Shown here one piece after another: positions 1 through 8,774 of a stretch of 64,000 nt of DNA. The notes beneath the pieces were generated by a model that was given only the letters and a program-made list of their open reading frames with translations, was not told the DNA's origin and did not search any database. This DNA is from an uncultured Gemmatimonadaceae bacterium (GTDB taxonomy: Bacteria; Gemmatimonadota; Gemmatimonadetes; Gemmatimonadales; Gemmatimonadaceae), in assembly GCA_963761305.1 (NCBI GenBank), contig CAVXGK010000002.1, positions 32,001-96,000 of the forward strand, read 5' to 3'. A program made the translations under genes and the position numbers. How positions within the stretch are numbered: the first letter of the stretch is position 1; each line of letters begins with the position of its first letter.

Positions 1-2
1 TG

Positions 3-1409
3 GCGCGGCTCGACGTCGCGCCACCGCTCGTCGCCGTCGAGATGCCCCTCGTGGAGGGTGGAACACTCGGCGATCTGATCGACAGCGGCAAACCCGTGCC
101 ATACCAGCGCGTGATCGAGATCGTGCGCGGCATCGGCGCCGCGCTCGACGAGGCCCACGACCACGGCGTCGTGCACGGCGCGCTGCGCCCGGAAAACGTC
201 CACCTCGACCGGGACGGCAACGCGCTCATCTCCGGGTTCATGCTCGGGCAGTTCCCGAGTGGAGACCGCGACGCGCCGCTTCCCAACTCGATCGGCTCGC
301 CGGCGTACACCGCGTTCGAGCAGCGGCACAACCTTCACACGATCGACGGGCGCGCCGACCAGTTCTCGCTTGCGGTGATCGCGTACGAGCTGCTCTGCGG
401 CCGTCGCACGTGGCGCATTCCCGCCGACGGCGTGCTCGAGATCGACGCCATCGAGATCATGCCGCACCGCGCCATTGCGCCGGCCGTTCCGCTCAGCGCA
501 GGCGCGGCGATCAAGCGCGCGACCTGGAAGGATCCGGACTACCGGTACGACAGCATCAACGACTTCATCGCCGGGCTCACCGGAACCGTGCTTCAAGGGA
601 CCCCCGCCGAGCAACTCGCGAAGGTGGACCACGGCGGCGACATCAAGCGTCGCTCGCCGGTATGGATCCTCGCGCCCCTTGGCATTTTGGTGTTCCTCGC
701 CGGTGGGTTTCGGCCCGACATTCGAAAGACGGCGACGCGCTGGTGGCATCTTGCATTCACCGACAACACCATGTTCGTGCCGGGCGGCAACTACTCCGAC
801 GGGCCGGCGATCGATCCGAGCTCGCCGCCGACCATGCCCAGTCCGGCGACCACAAGGCGCCCTGACACGACGCAGTCGTCGCGGGGGAACACGCGGATCG
901 GCGTCGAGACGCCGCTTGGGCCAGCCGCGCCGCTGGGCCCCGATCGCCAGTTCAACCCTTATCCCAACAGCCCGAACTCCGGGGGCGGAAACGAGGCTCC
1001 CTCGAATACGCGCCGAGTGGACGACGGGTCAAAAGATGCGGGCACGCGCACGCCCGATTCCAAGACGTCCAAACCCGGAGCGGAGCACGTCTCGCTCGAG
1101 GCGGGCGCGATCGGATCGGCCCCAGGTGCCAGTTCGGGGCGCGGCGGCGCGGCGCTGGCCGGCGACACGGTATCGCCCAACGTCGCCGGCTTCGTCGCCG
1201 TGTCGGTCGAGAGTGGGCTCGCGACCGTTTTCGTCGACGGCCTGTTGCGCGGGAGAGCGCCGCTTGTCCTGAAGGCGGCGGCCGGGAAGCACGTGGTGAC
1301 CGTGAAAGGCACCGGCAAGTACGCGCCTTCGTCTATCTCGGTCACGGTCACGCCGCACGACACGATTCGCGCTGTGTTTGCAACGAGCGCCGGTCCGCCG
1401 AAAGAGTGA
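3..1409 (+). CDS. Ser/Thr kinase-like protein (probable pseudokinase) with TM segment, Pro-rich linker and C-terminal PEGA-like domain; 5' partial
   Basis: Frame open to window edge. Kinase subdomains recognisable (GSPAY..EQ, DGRADQFSLAVIAYELL), but catalytic loop is HGALRPEN and DFG is absent. C-terminal ATVFVDG...G.H.V.V is PEGA-like. Confidence 0.8.
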   Translation, partial: ARLDVAPPLVAVEMPLVEGGTLGDLIDSGKPVPYQRVIEIVRGIGAALDEAHDHGVVHGALRPENVHLDRDGNALISGFMLGQFPSGDRDAPLPNSIGSPAYTAFEQRHNLHTIDGRADQFSLAVIAYELLCGRRTWRIPADGVLEIDAIEIMPHRAIAPAVPLSAGAAIKRATWKDPDYRYDSINDFIAGLTGTVLQGTPAEQLAKVDHGGDIKRRSPVWILAPLGILVFLAGGFRPDIRKTATRWWHLAFTDNTMFVPGGNYSDGPAIDPSSPPTMPSPATTRRPDTTQSSRGNTRIGVETPLGPAAPLGPDRQFNPYPNSPNSGGGNEAPSNTRRVDDGSKDAGTRTPDSKTSKPGAEHVSLEAGAIGSAPGASSGRGGAALAGDTVSPNVAGFVAVSVESGLATVFVDGLLRGRAPLVLKAAAGKHVVTVKGTGKYAPSSISVTVTPHDTIRAVFATSAGPPKE

Positions 1410-2926
1410 TGCGCACCCGAGCGCCGCTTCTCGCGGCTCTCGCCATCGCGGCGGGCCTTCCGTTCGCCGCAGTGGCCCAGCGGATCTCTCCGCTGCCCAA
1501 GCCCTGCCGTGTGCCGGGCGCCGAGGCCGCGAACGTCCTTCCGCAGCGGATCCGCTCATCGCTGGCCGTGTCGGTTTTCTCATCTGACTCCACCGACCCG
1601 GCGGGGGAGCTGGCGGGCGGAATCGCCGACGCCATCGCCAATCGGCTCGGCACGTCGGTCCCCCGAATCCTCGTGATAGGTCGCCGCGCCCAGCACCGGC
1701 TCGTCGTTACCGACTCGATTTCCGCGCGCGCGATGGCCGAAAGCCTCGGCACGACGTACGTGCTCGCGGGCCGCGTGACCGAGGGACTTCGCGGGCGCAC
1801 CGTGGCGTTCACCTTGTACAACGGCGCGACGGGGCGCGCGCTGATGTATCGCACGCTGCCGCACGATTCCGCCCACGTGATGCTCGTGGAGCAGAACGTC
1901 TCGCGGCAGGTGGCGACGCAGATTCTGGGGAAACTCAACCCGGGCGAACAACGAGCCCTCGACCGGGTGCCACGGGTCAACGGGAACGCTTACGACGCGT
2001 ACGTGCGTGGACAGGGCGCGCGCGACGTGTGGGCGTTTGGCCGGGCGGCTGGATACTTCCGCGACGCGGCGCGGCTCGACAGGTCATTCAGCGCCGCCTT
2101 CGCCGATCTGGCGCTCGCCGACGTCGAGATACTGCTGCGCGGACTCAGCTCGACCGCGGCGACGGACGTCGCTCTCGAGGCGCGCAACGCGGCGAGCCAC
2201 GCCGTCGCGCTCGACTCGATGTCGAGCCTGTCGTGGCGCGCCGAAGGGGCGGCGCGCCTGGTCGACGGGAAATCCAGCGCGCTGTGGCGGCGGGCCTACG
2301 AGCGCGCGATCGTGCTCGACCCTCGCGACCCGGCGGTACTCGAGGAGTACGGACTCGCCCTCGTCCGCACGGGTGATCGCGAAGCCGGCCGCCCGCTGCT
2401 GGAGCGCGCGCTCGTTTACGAACCGGGGCGAGCGCAGCCGATGGCGGCGCTTGCCAGCCTCGCGATCTCCGATCACCGTGATGGCAGCGCGTGCACCCTG
2501 CTCAACCAGGCAATCGTGGGCGACGTGCTCTTCGCGCCCGCGTGGGCGCAACGGGCGGTGGTTCGCGCGCAGCATGGGGATCTGCGCTTCGCGTGGGCCG
2601 ACGCCGAGACCGCGACGCAGCTCGGAGAAAGCCACCTCGGCGAGAGCGCTGGCGCGATGGTCGATTTACTGGCGCGCGATACGTCGCGTGCTCGCGACCG
2701 ACTTTATATCGAGTGGAGCCAGGTGAAGGCCGCCGGCGCGGTGGGAGTGACCGATGGCACGGCAATCGCGCGTGCGATGATCGCCGCGGGGCAATCTACC
2801 CGCGCGCTTGACGTTCTCGAGCTGGCGAGGCCGCGGGGACTGTGGTTCGTTACCGCGTTGCGCGATCCAGCCTTCGACACCCTTCGCGGCGATAAGCGTT
2901 TTCTCGCTCTGACGACGAAGCAATGA
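1406..2926 (+). CDS. Secreted TPR-repeat protein with TolB-N-like domain
   Basis: Signal peptide, LAGGIADAIANRL segment and helical TPR-like repeats (AYDAYVRG, AIVLDP, ALVYEP). Overlaps the upstream stop. Confidence 0.7.
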   Translation: MMRTRAPLLAALAIAAGLPFAAVAQRISPLPKPCRVPGAEAANVLPQRIRSSLAVSVFSSDSTDPAGELAGGIADAIANRLGTSVPRILVIGRRAQHRLVVTDSISARAMAESLGTTYVLAGRVTEGLRGRTVAFTLYNGATGRALMYRTLPHDSAHVMLVEQNVSRQVATQILGKLNPGEQRALDRVPRVNGNAYDAYVRGQGARDVWAFGRAAGYFRDAARLDRSFSAAFADLALADVEILLRGLSSTAATDVALEARNAASHAVALDSMSSLSWRAEGAARLVDGKSSALWRRAYERAIVLDPRDPAVLEEYGLALVRTGDREAGRPLLERALVYEPGRAQPMAALASLAISDHRDGSACTLLNQAIVGDVLFAPAWAQRAVVRAQHGDLRFAWADAETATQLGESHLGESAGAMVDLLARDTSRARDRLYIEWSQVKAAGAVGVTDGTAIARAMIAAGQSTRALDVLELARPRGLWFVTALRDPAFDTLRGDKRFLALTTKQ

Positions 2927-4056
2927 CCGGTCTGCGGATCGATCGGGAGAGGGTTCGGCTCTACGGAATCGGACTCGCCCTGATCGGTCTCACGCAGATG
3001 CGGTTCGTGGCGAGCGTCGGGCACTACTGGGATTGGGTCGACTTCTACATCGCCGGCGCGATGGCCGGGACGCGCGCGCTGCTCGACCCCGCGGCTCATG
3101 CCGCCTGGGGAGCGGCCCATGGCCTCCCCGTGACATCGTTCGCGTACATGCCGGGCTTTGCCTGGCTCCTCGTGCCGACGTCTCACCTGACGATCGCGTT
3201 GGGTTTTGCGGTCAATGCCGTACTGATGTCGCTCTGCGCGCTTGTCGCGTCGAGGCTTGCGTCGCGCGTCTACGGTCTCGACGCCGGAGACGCGCTCTAC
3301 ATGACCATCGGTTGGGCCCCGGTGACGGCAGCAATCGTGACCGGACAAAACAGCCCTCTTGGTCTACTCCTTTCGCTCGTGGCGATCGACGGCCTGCAGC
3401 GGGGCAGCGCTCTCCGAACGGGCCTGGGTGTTGGGGCGCTGTGCTACAAACCAACATACGCGCTGCCGTTCGCCATTCTGCTTCTCATATATCGAAAGTG
3501 GAAGGCGATCGGGGTCGTGGCGGCGTGCGGCGTGGTATGGTACGTACTCAGCGCGAGCGCGGCAGGCGGGGACTGGCTGTGGCCAAGGCCGTATCTCCAG
3601 TCGCTGGCCGGCTACGTCGGGCCGGATTTCGCCTACAACCGCTTCAAGTCGGTGAGCGTTCCGGGGCTGCTGATGCTGGCCGGCGTCTCAGCCAGCGTGG
3701 CCTTTGGGATCGGGATGGTTGGTCTCGTCTCGGCGCTGGGGTGGCTCAGGGCGCGGAAGGTCGAGCTGCTTTCGGCCGCAAGTCTTGCGGGAGTCATTGG
3801 CGTGGCGACGAGCGGGCACGCGTGGCCGTACGATGCGGCGCTCGCGTTGCCGGCGCTGTGGTGGGTCGCGGCGAAGGTCGACGAGCCGGCGAGGACTCGG
3901 GCGATCGTGGTTGCGTACGTGGTTGCGCCGTTGTGGATGGCGGCGCATACACTCCGATTCGACCCGCTGGCGATTGTCGTTGTTGGAGGGGCGGGGGCGC
4001 TTGTGGTGCGAACGGCGAAACTAACAAAGAGCGAAACAAACAAAGGGCGAAGCTAA
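2923..4056 (+). CDS. Glycosyltransferase family 87 (GT-C) membrane protein
   Basis: Multi-TM protein with DWVDFY, FAYMP, GQNS and KP motifs. ATGA overlap with upstream gene. Stop codon lies inside the 16-mer array. Confidence 0.75.
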   Translation: MTGLRIDRERVRLYGIGLALIGLTQMRFVASVGHYWDWVDFYIAGAMAGTRALLDPAAHAAWGAAHGLPVTSFAYMPGFAWLLVPTSHLTIALGFAVNAVLMSLCALVASRLASRVYGLDAGDALYMTIGWAPVTAAIVTGQNSPLGLLLSLVAIDGLQRGSALRTGLGVGALCYKPTYALPFAILLLIYRKWKAIGVVAACGVVWYVLSASAAGGDWLWPRPYLQSLAGYVGPDFAYNRFKSVSVPGLLMLAGVSASVAFGIGMVGLVSALGWLRARKVELLSAASLAGVIGVATSGHAWPYDAALALPALWWVAAKVDEPARTRAIVVAYVVAPLWMAAHTLRFDPLAIVVVGGAGALVVRTAKLTKSETNKGRS

Positions 4057-4164
4057 CAAAGAGCGAAGCTAACAAAGGGCGAAGCTAACAAAGGGCGAAG
4101 CTAACAAAGGGCGAAGCTAACAAAGGGCGAAGGTGACGAACGGCGAAGGTGACGAACGGCGAAA
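4021..4164 (+). repeat. 16-bp tandem array (CTAACAAAGGGCGAAG)x7 + (GTGACGAACGGCGAAR)x2; solo end
   Basis: Units read directly at 16-nt period with no spacers. Same unit order as 4925-5052. Confidence 0.95.
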
Positions 4165-4297
4165 AAGGCGAGATGACGTGGCCCCCAAGACTGGCCCGGA
4201 AATGATGTCAGTCCAGTGATTGACGCTCGCGCGTTGGCGCAGCGGAAGCTGTCCGATCTCGAGGGGCAGCGGGAGGTGGTGCGACACATCTGTGTCC

Positions 4298-4720
4298 CTA
4301 GGCTGGCACCGGAGTGCCCTTGGCCCACGCCCACGCGGCTATGCGCCAACTGTCTTCATGCTTCCGAAGTGCAAGCGTAAAGGTCGCGTCCGACTGAGTA
4401 ATCTGCTTGCCCAATAGCTTGAACGTCATGCTCGCGGGAACCACCACATACGCACTGTCGCCGGTAACGTTGGCATGCAACGGGGTGCCGATCGTGACCA
4501 AGTAGTCGGTCGCGCCTTCGTGTTCGGCTGCCGCCAATACGTCCCTGTACCAATCCTCACACGCCGTGGGACCGTGCCACACATGTGGCGCCAGACCATC
4601 GAGGATAGATGCGGGAACAGCGAAACACGCCGCCATTGCCCGAGCGTCACCTTTGTTGAACGCGTCGATGTACTGGCGCACTACAGTTACGGGATCGCTT
4701 GTTGGTGCAGCCCGTGCCAT
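4298..4720 (-). CDS. SnoaL/NTF2-like protein
   Basis: VVRQYIDAFNKGDARAMAACF...WRIAAWAW. GGGAGA SD upstream of ATG at 4720. Visibly less GC-rich than its neighbours. Confidence 0.85.
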   Translation of the reverse strand: MARAAPTSDPVTVVRQYIDAFNKGDARAMAACFAVPASILDGLAPHVWHGPTACEDWYRDVLAAAEHEGATDYLVTIGTPLHANVTGDSAYVVVPASMTFKLLGKQITQSDATFTLALRKHEDSWRIAAWAWAKGTPVPA

Positions 4721-4924
4721 GTGAGTTTCTCCCAAGGCTTCGCCAAAGCTCGGTCCATCTCAGGACGCGCATTCAAGTTGTGCGCGTCGCGCGCGCAGAC
4801 ACCGAGACACGGTACGAAGACGACAGTCAGTCGGTGATTAGCGTCGTGAAGGTGCAACGTTGAGGAGTTCTTTGACAAACTCGTCCGGGGTCCGATCGCC
4901 GAGGCCGCTGTTAGCGCGCGACGA

Positions 4925-5052
4925 CTAACAAAGGGCGAAACTAACAAAGGGCGAAACTAACAAAGGGCGAAGCTAACAAAGGGCGAAGCTAACAAAGGGC
5001 GAAGCTAACAAAGGGCGAAGGTGACGAACGGCGAAACGGCGAAAACGGCGAG
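4925..5052 (+). repeat. 16-bp tandem array x6 plus degenerate terminal units; downstream arm of four-helix-bundle element A
   Basis: CTAACAAAGGGCGAAR x6, then GTGACGAACGGCGAAA. Ends 8 nt from the stop of the four-helix-bundle gene. Confidence 0.95.
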
Positions 5053-5060
5053 GGGTTCGA

Positions 5061-5396
5061 CTAGTACTTCAAGCCGTTGATCATCCGAACGATCGTGATG
5101 CCGCGGTTTGAGAGGCGGTGGTAGTCGGCACGGGTAAGTTCGCCCAGACGATACGACTTCCGAATCCATCCGATTGTCTCCTCGCACTCACAGCGGGCGA
5201 TTCGGTAGACGCGCATCCGATCGGCGCCCGGGCCACGGCCGTAGCCCTCGATCAGGTTTGAACTGATCGATCCGGCGGAGCGAATAACTTGCCCTGAATA
5301 CGTCTTTCGGCCGGCGCGCCGACCGAAGCGGCGATTTACGTCCACGGCGTAATCCTCGGCTGCATCGATCACGCGCAGCGTCCGTTTCGGTGGCAT
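5061..5396 (-). CDS. Four helix bundle protein (23S rRNA IVP / Avd-like family)
   Basis: QVIRSAGSISSNLIEGYGR...YRIAR.ECEET..W...LG.L...DY..L matches the family pattern Q.RRAA.SI.SNIAEG.GR. Start placed at MPPKR (111 aa); the ORF is open to 5495. Confidence 0.85.
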   Translation of the reverse strand: MPPKRTLRVIDAAEDYAVDVNRRFGRRAGRKTYSGQVIRSAGSISSNLIEGYGRGPGADRMRVYRIARCECEETIGWIRKSYRLGELTRADYHRLSNRGITIVRMINGLKY

Positions 5397-5543
5397 GGGC
5401 GACACCGTAACGCCGCTCTCGGGGCCAACCACCATCCCGCCGTTGCCGCCGGAACCAATCCGTTGCCGAATTCCTTCTGCCGAAGGAGAGGTCACGGCCG
5501 GGCTGAGAAAGGTCTGAATCGCCCCTCTGGCCGTTCTCGCCCC

Positions 5544-5687
5544 TCTCGAAGTTCGTTACCTTCGCTCTTCGTTAGCCTCGCCGTTTGGCGTCTTCGCCGT
5601 TCGTTCGTTTCGCTCTTCGTTAGCTTCGCCGTTTGGCATCCTCGCCGTTTGGCATCTTCGCCCTTCGTTCCCTTCGCCGTTCGCCTA
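5544..5687 (-). repeat. Inverted, more degenerate 16-bp array (about 9 units, e.g. CTTCGCTCTTCGTTAG); upstream arm of element A
   Basis: Reverse complement of the 16-mer at 16-nt period. Ends 1 nt before the ATG at 5689. Confidence 0.9.
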
Positions 5688-5688
5688 C

Positions 5689-7344
5689 ATGGTCAAGCCG
5701 ATCATTCTCGCCGTCGACGATGATCCCGAAGTGCTGAACGCGGTCGATCGCGATCTTCGCGCGCACTTTCGCGCGGACTATCGGGTCATCAAGGTCGCGT
5801 CCGGCCGCCTGGCGATGGAGACGACGACGCAGCTCAAGCAGCGGGGGTCGCCGATCGCGCTCTTTCTCGTCGACGAGCGCATGCCCGAGATGAGCGGGAC
5901 GCAGTTTCTGGCCGAGGCGATCAAGCTGTATCCGGACGCGCGCAAGGTGTTGCTGACGGCGTACGCCGATACCGAGACGGCGATCCTCGCAATTAATAAG
6001 ATTGGGCTTGATCATTATTTACTGAAACCGTGGGAACCGCCGGCCGAGCGGTTGTATCCGATCCTCGACGACTTGTTGACGGACTGGAAGGCGAGGACGC
6101 GGCCGCTGTTCGACGGGTTGCGCGTCGCCGGCACGGGGCTCTCGCCGTCGAGCTATGCACTCAAGGATTTTCTCGCCGGCAACCAGGTGCCGTACCAGTG
6201 GGTCGACCTCGATGCGGATCCCGCGGCGCGCGCGCTGGTCGAGGCGATGCCGGGCGGATTGAAGCGGCTTCCGGTCGTCTTCTTTCCCGACGGAGCGTCG
6301 ATGGTCCAGCCGACGACGCTCCAGCTGGCCGAGAAGCTCGGCATGCAGACGCACGCGAAGTCGAAGCAGTACGACCTCGTCGTCGTCGGCGGCGGGCCGG
6401 CGGGATTGGCCGCGGCCGTGTACGGCGCGTCGGAGGGGCTGCGCACGATTCTGGTCGAGCGCTATGCGACCGGCGGACAGGCGGGCACCAGCTCGCAGAT
6501 CGAGAACTACCTCGGGTTCCCGAGCGGCGTGAGCGGCGCGGATCTCGCGCGCCGAGCCACGACACAGGCGAAGCGATTCGGGGCCGAGGTGCTCACGGCG
6601 CAGGACGTCGGGTCGATCGAGCGGAACGATCCGTATCGCGTGGTGAAGCTGTCCGACGGTTCTGTGTTGCAGAGCAAGACGGTTGTCATCGCGTCGGGGA
6701 TGGAAGTGCGGCGGCTCGACGTGCCGGGGATCGAGGCGCTCGTCGGCTGCGGCGTTTTCTACGGCGCCGCGCTCACCGAAGCGGCGACGTACCGCGACCG
6801 CGACGTGTTCGTCATCGGCGGCGCGAACTCGGCGGGGCAGGGCGCGATGTTTTTCTCGCGCTACGCGCGGCGCGTGACGATGCTCGTGCGCGGCGAATCG
6901 CTGACCGCCAGCATGTCGCAGTATCTCATCGACCGCATCGCGGACACCAAGAACGTCGAAGTGCTAACGCGAGCAGCGGTGTGCGGGGTGCGGGGAACTG
7001 AGAGGCTCGAGGCGATCACGATCTCCGATCTCAAGACCGGTGCGACGCGCGAGATGCCGGCCGACGCGCTGTTCATCTTCATCGGCACGTCGCCGCGCAC
7101 CGAGGTGGTCGCGGGACTGGTGCAGCGCGACGCGCAGGGATTCATCCTCACGGGACGCGACCTGATGGTCGACGGCCAGCGTCCGCCGGGGTGGACGCGC
7201 GACCCGTATCTCTTCGAGACGAGCGTGCCGGGCATCTTCGCCGCCGGCGACGCGCGGCGCGGCTCGGGAAAACGCGTCGCCGCGGCCGTGGGCGAGGGAT
7301 CGGCGACGGTGAGCATGGTCCACGAATACCTGGAGACTGTGTGA
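5689..7344 (+). CDS. Receiver domain fused to thioredoxin-reductase-like FAD/NAD(P) oxidoreductase
   Basis: N-terminal ILAVDDD...LVDERMP...KPW; GGGPAG, GGANSAG and GIFAAGD motifs. No CxxC (YGAALTEA). Confidence 0.9.
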   Translation: MVKPIILAVDDDPEVLNAVDRDLRAHFRADYRVIKVASGRLAMETTTQLKQRGSPIALFLVDERMPEMSGTQFLAEAIKLYPDARKVLLTAYADTETAILAINKIGLDHYLLKPWEPPAERLYPILDDLLTDWKARTRPLFDGLRVAGTGLSPSSYALKDFLAGNQVPYQWVDLDADPAARALVEAMPGGLKRLPVVFFPDGASMVQPTTLQLAEKLGMQTHAKSKQYDLVVVGGGPAGLAAAVYGASEGLRTILVERYATGGQAGTSSQIENYLGFPSGVSGADLARRATTQAKRFGAEVLTAQDVGSIERNDPYRVVKLSDGSVLQSKTVVIASGMEVRRLDVPGIEALVGCGVFYGAALTEAATYRDRDVFVIGGANSAGQGAMFFSRYARRVTMLVRGESLTASMSQYLIDRIADTKNVEVLTRAAVCGVRGTERLEAITISDLKTGATREMPADALFIFIGTSPRTEVVAGLVQRDAQGFILTGRDLMVDGQRPPGWTRDPYLFETSVPGIFAAGDARRGSGKRVAAAVGEGSATVSMVHEYLETV

Positions 7345-8774
7345 TGGGCGACACGCCTGCGGAAATCGTCGAGCGGCTCGTCGCGCACCGCACACTGGGG
7401 GGCGCGCCGCGCGCGGAGCTCGAGTGGCTGGCCACGCACGGCACCATGCGGCGCTACGGAACGGGGGACATCCTCGTCCCGCCCGGTGCGACGTCCACCG
7501 AGATGGTGATCATCTTCGTGGGCGACGGGTCGATCAGCGTCGAACGAGCGGGGGAAAAAAAGAAGTTCCTCGAGTGGCACGCCGGCGACGTCACCGGCCT
7601 GCTTCCATATTCTCGAATGAAGCGGCCGCCGGGGCTGACGACGACGGAGTCGTCAATCGAGGGGCTCGTCATTCACCGGGATCTGTTCCCCGAGCTGACG
7701 CGCGAATGTCCGTGGGTCACGGAGACGCTCGTGCACATCATGCTCGATCGCGCGCGGCAGTTTTCGGCCAACGACTGGCAGATCGACAAGCTCGCGTCGC
7801 TGGGACGCCTCTCGGCGGGACTGGCGCACGAGCTCAACAACCCGGCGTCGGCGATCGCGCGCAGCGCGCGAACGCTGGTCGAGAACCTGGCGCAGTCGCA
7901 AGCGGCGGCGCGAGAACTGGGGGCGGCCAACCTCCGCGATCGCGACATCGCGCTGATCGACGCCATGCGCGACGGCCAGGCGTTTCCGCGAGCGACCGGC
8001 ATCTTCTCGGCGATCGAGCGCGCCGATCACGAAGAGGAAGTGGTCGAATGGCTCGAAGCCAAGGGCGCCGATCCGGCGACGGCGCAGAGCCTGAGCGAGA
8101 ATGGCGTTCCCGTGGCGGCGCTCGACGATCTGGCGAGCGCGATCCCGGAAGAGTCGCTGGATGCCGCGCTCCGGTCGGTGGCGTCGGGCATCACGACGCG
8201 CTTGCTCGCCGAGGACATCGAGCGCGCCGCGACGCGGATTCACGAGCTGGTCGGCGCGATCAAGCGCTTCACCTACATGGATCGCGCGACGGTGCGAGAA
8301 CCGGCCAACATCGCGCAGGGGATCTCGGACACGATCGCCGTGCTGGCGTCGAAGGCGAAGTCAAAATCGGCCTCGATCAAGCTCGACATCCCCGCCGATC
8401 TGCCGAAGGTCGGCGCGTACGGAGGCGAGTTGAATCAGGTATGGTCGAACCTGATCGAGAACGCGCTCGATGCGCTGGGGCAGGGCGGCGAGGTGTCGGT
8501 CACGGCGCGGGCGGAGGGGGACACGGTCATGGTGCGGATCGTCGACAATGGGTCGGGGATTCCGGCGGATGTCCTGCCTAGCATCTTCGATCCGTTCTTT
8601 ACTACGAAGCCGATGGGGCAGGGGACGGGGCTGGGGCTGGACATCAGTCGGCGGATCGTGTTATCGCATGAAGGGACGATTGAGGTCGAGTCTAAGGCGG
8701 GGAGGACGGAGTTTAGGATTTCATTACCAACGGCGAAGATAACAAAGGGCGAAGATGACAAAGGGCGAGGATAA
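7344..8774 (+). CDS. Sensor histidine kinase with N-terminal cNMP-binding-like domain
   Basis: LAHELNNP H-box, NLIENALDA, DNGSGI, FFTTK, GTGLGL. ATG overlaps the upstream TGA. Stop lies in the repeat array. Confidence 0.9.
   Translation: MGDTPAEIVERLVAHRTLGGAPRAELEWLATHGTMRRYGTGDILVPPGATSTEMVIIFVGDGSISVERAGEKKKFLEWHAGDVTGLLPYSRMKRPPGLTTTESSIEGLVIHRDLFPELTRECPWVTETLVHIMLDRARQFSANDWQIDKLASLGRLSAGLAHELNNPASAIARSARTLVENLAQSQAAARELGAANLRDRDIALIDAMRDGQAFPRATGIFSAIERADHEEEVVEWLEAKGADPATAQSLSENGVPVAALDDLASAIPEESLDAALRSVASGITTRLLAEDIERAATRIHELVGAIKRFTYMDRATVREPANIAQGISDTIAVLASKAKSKSASIKLDIPADLPKVGAYGGELNQVWSNLIENALDALGQGGEVSVTARAEGDTVMVRIVDNGSGIPADVLPSIFDPFFTTKPMGQGTGLGLDISRRIVLSHEGTIEVESKAGRTEFRISLPTAKITKGEDDKGRG

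Noticed and set aside
5061..5396. Classical diversity-generating retroelement (avd)
   Set aside because: No reverse transcriptase and no TR/VR pair with adenine-specific mismatches seen in the window.
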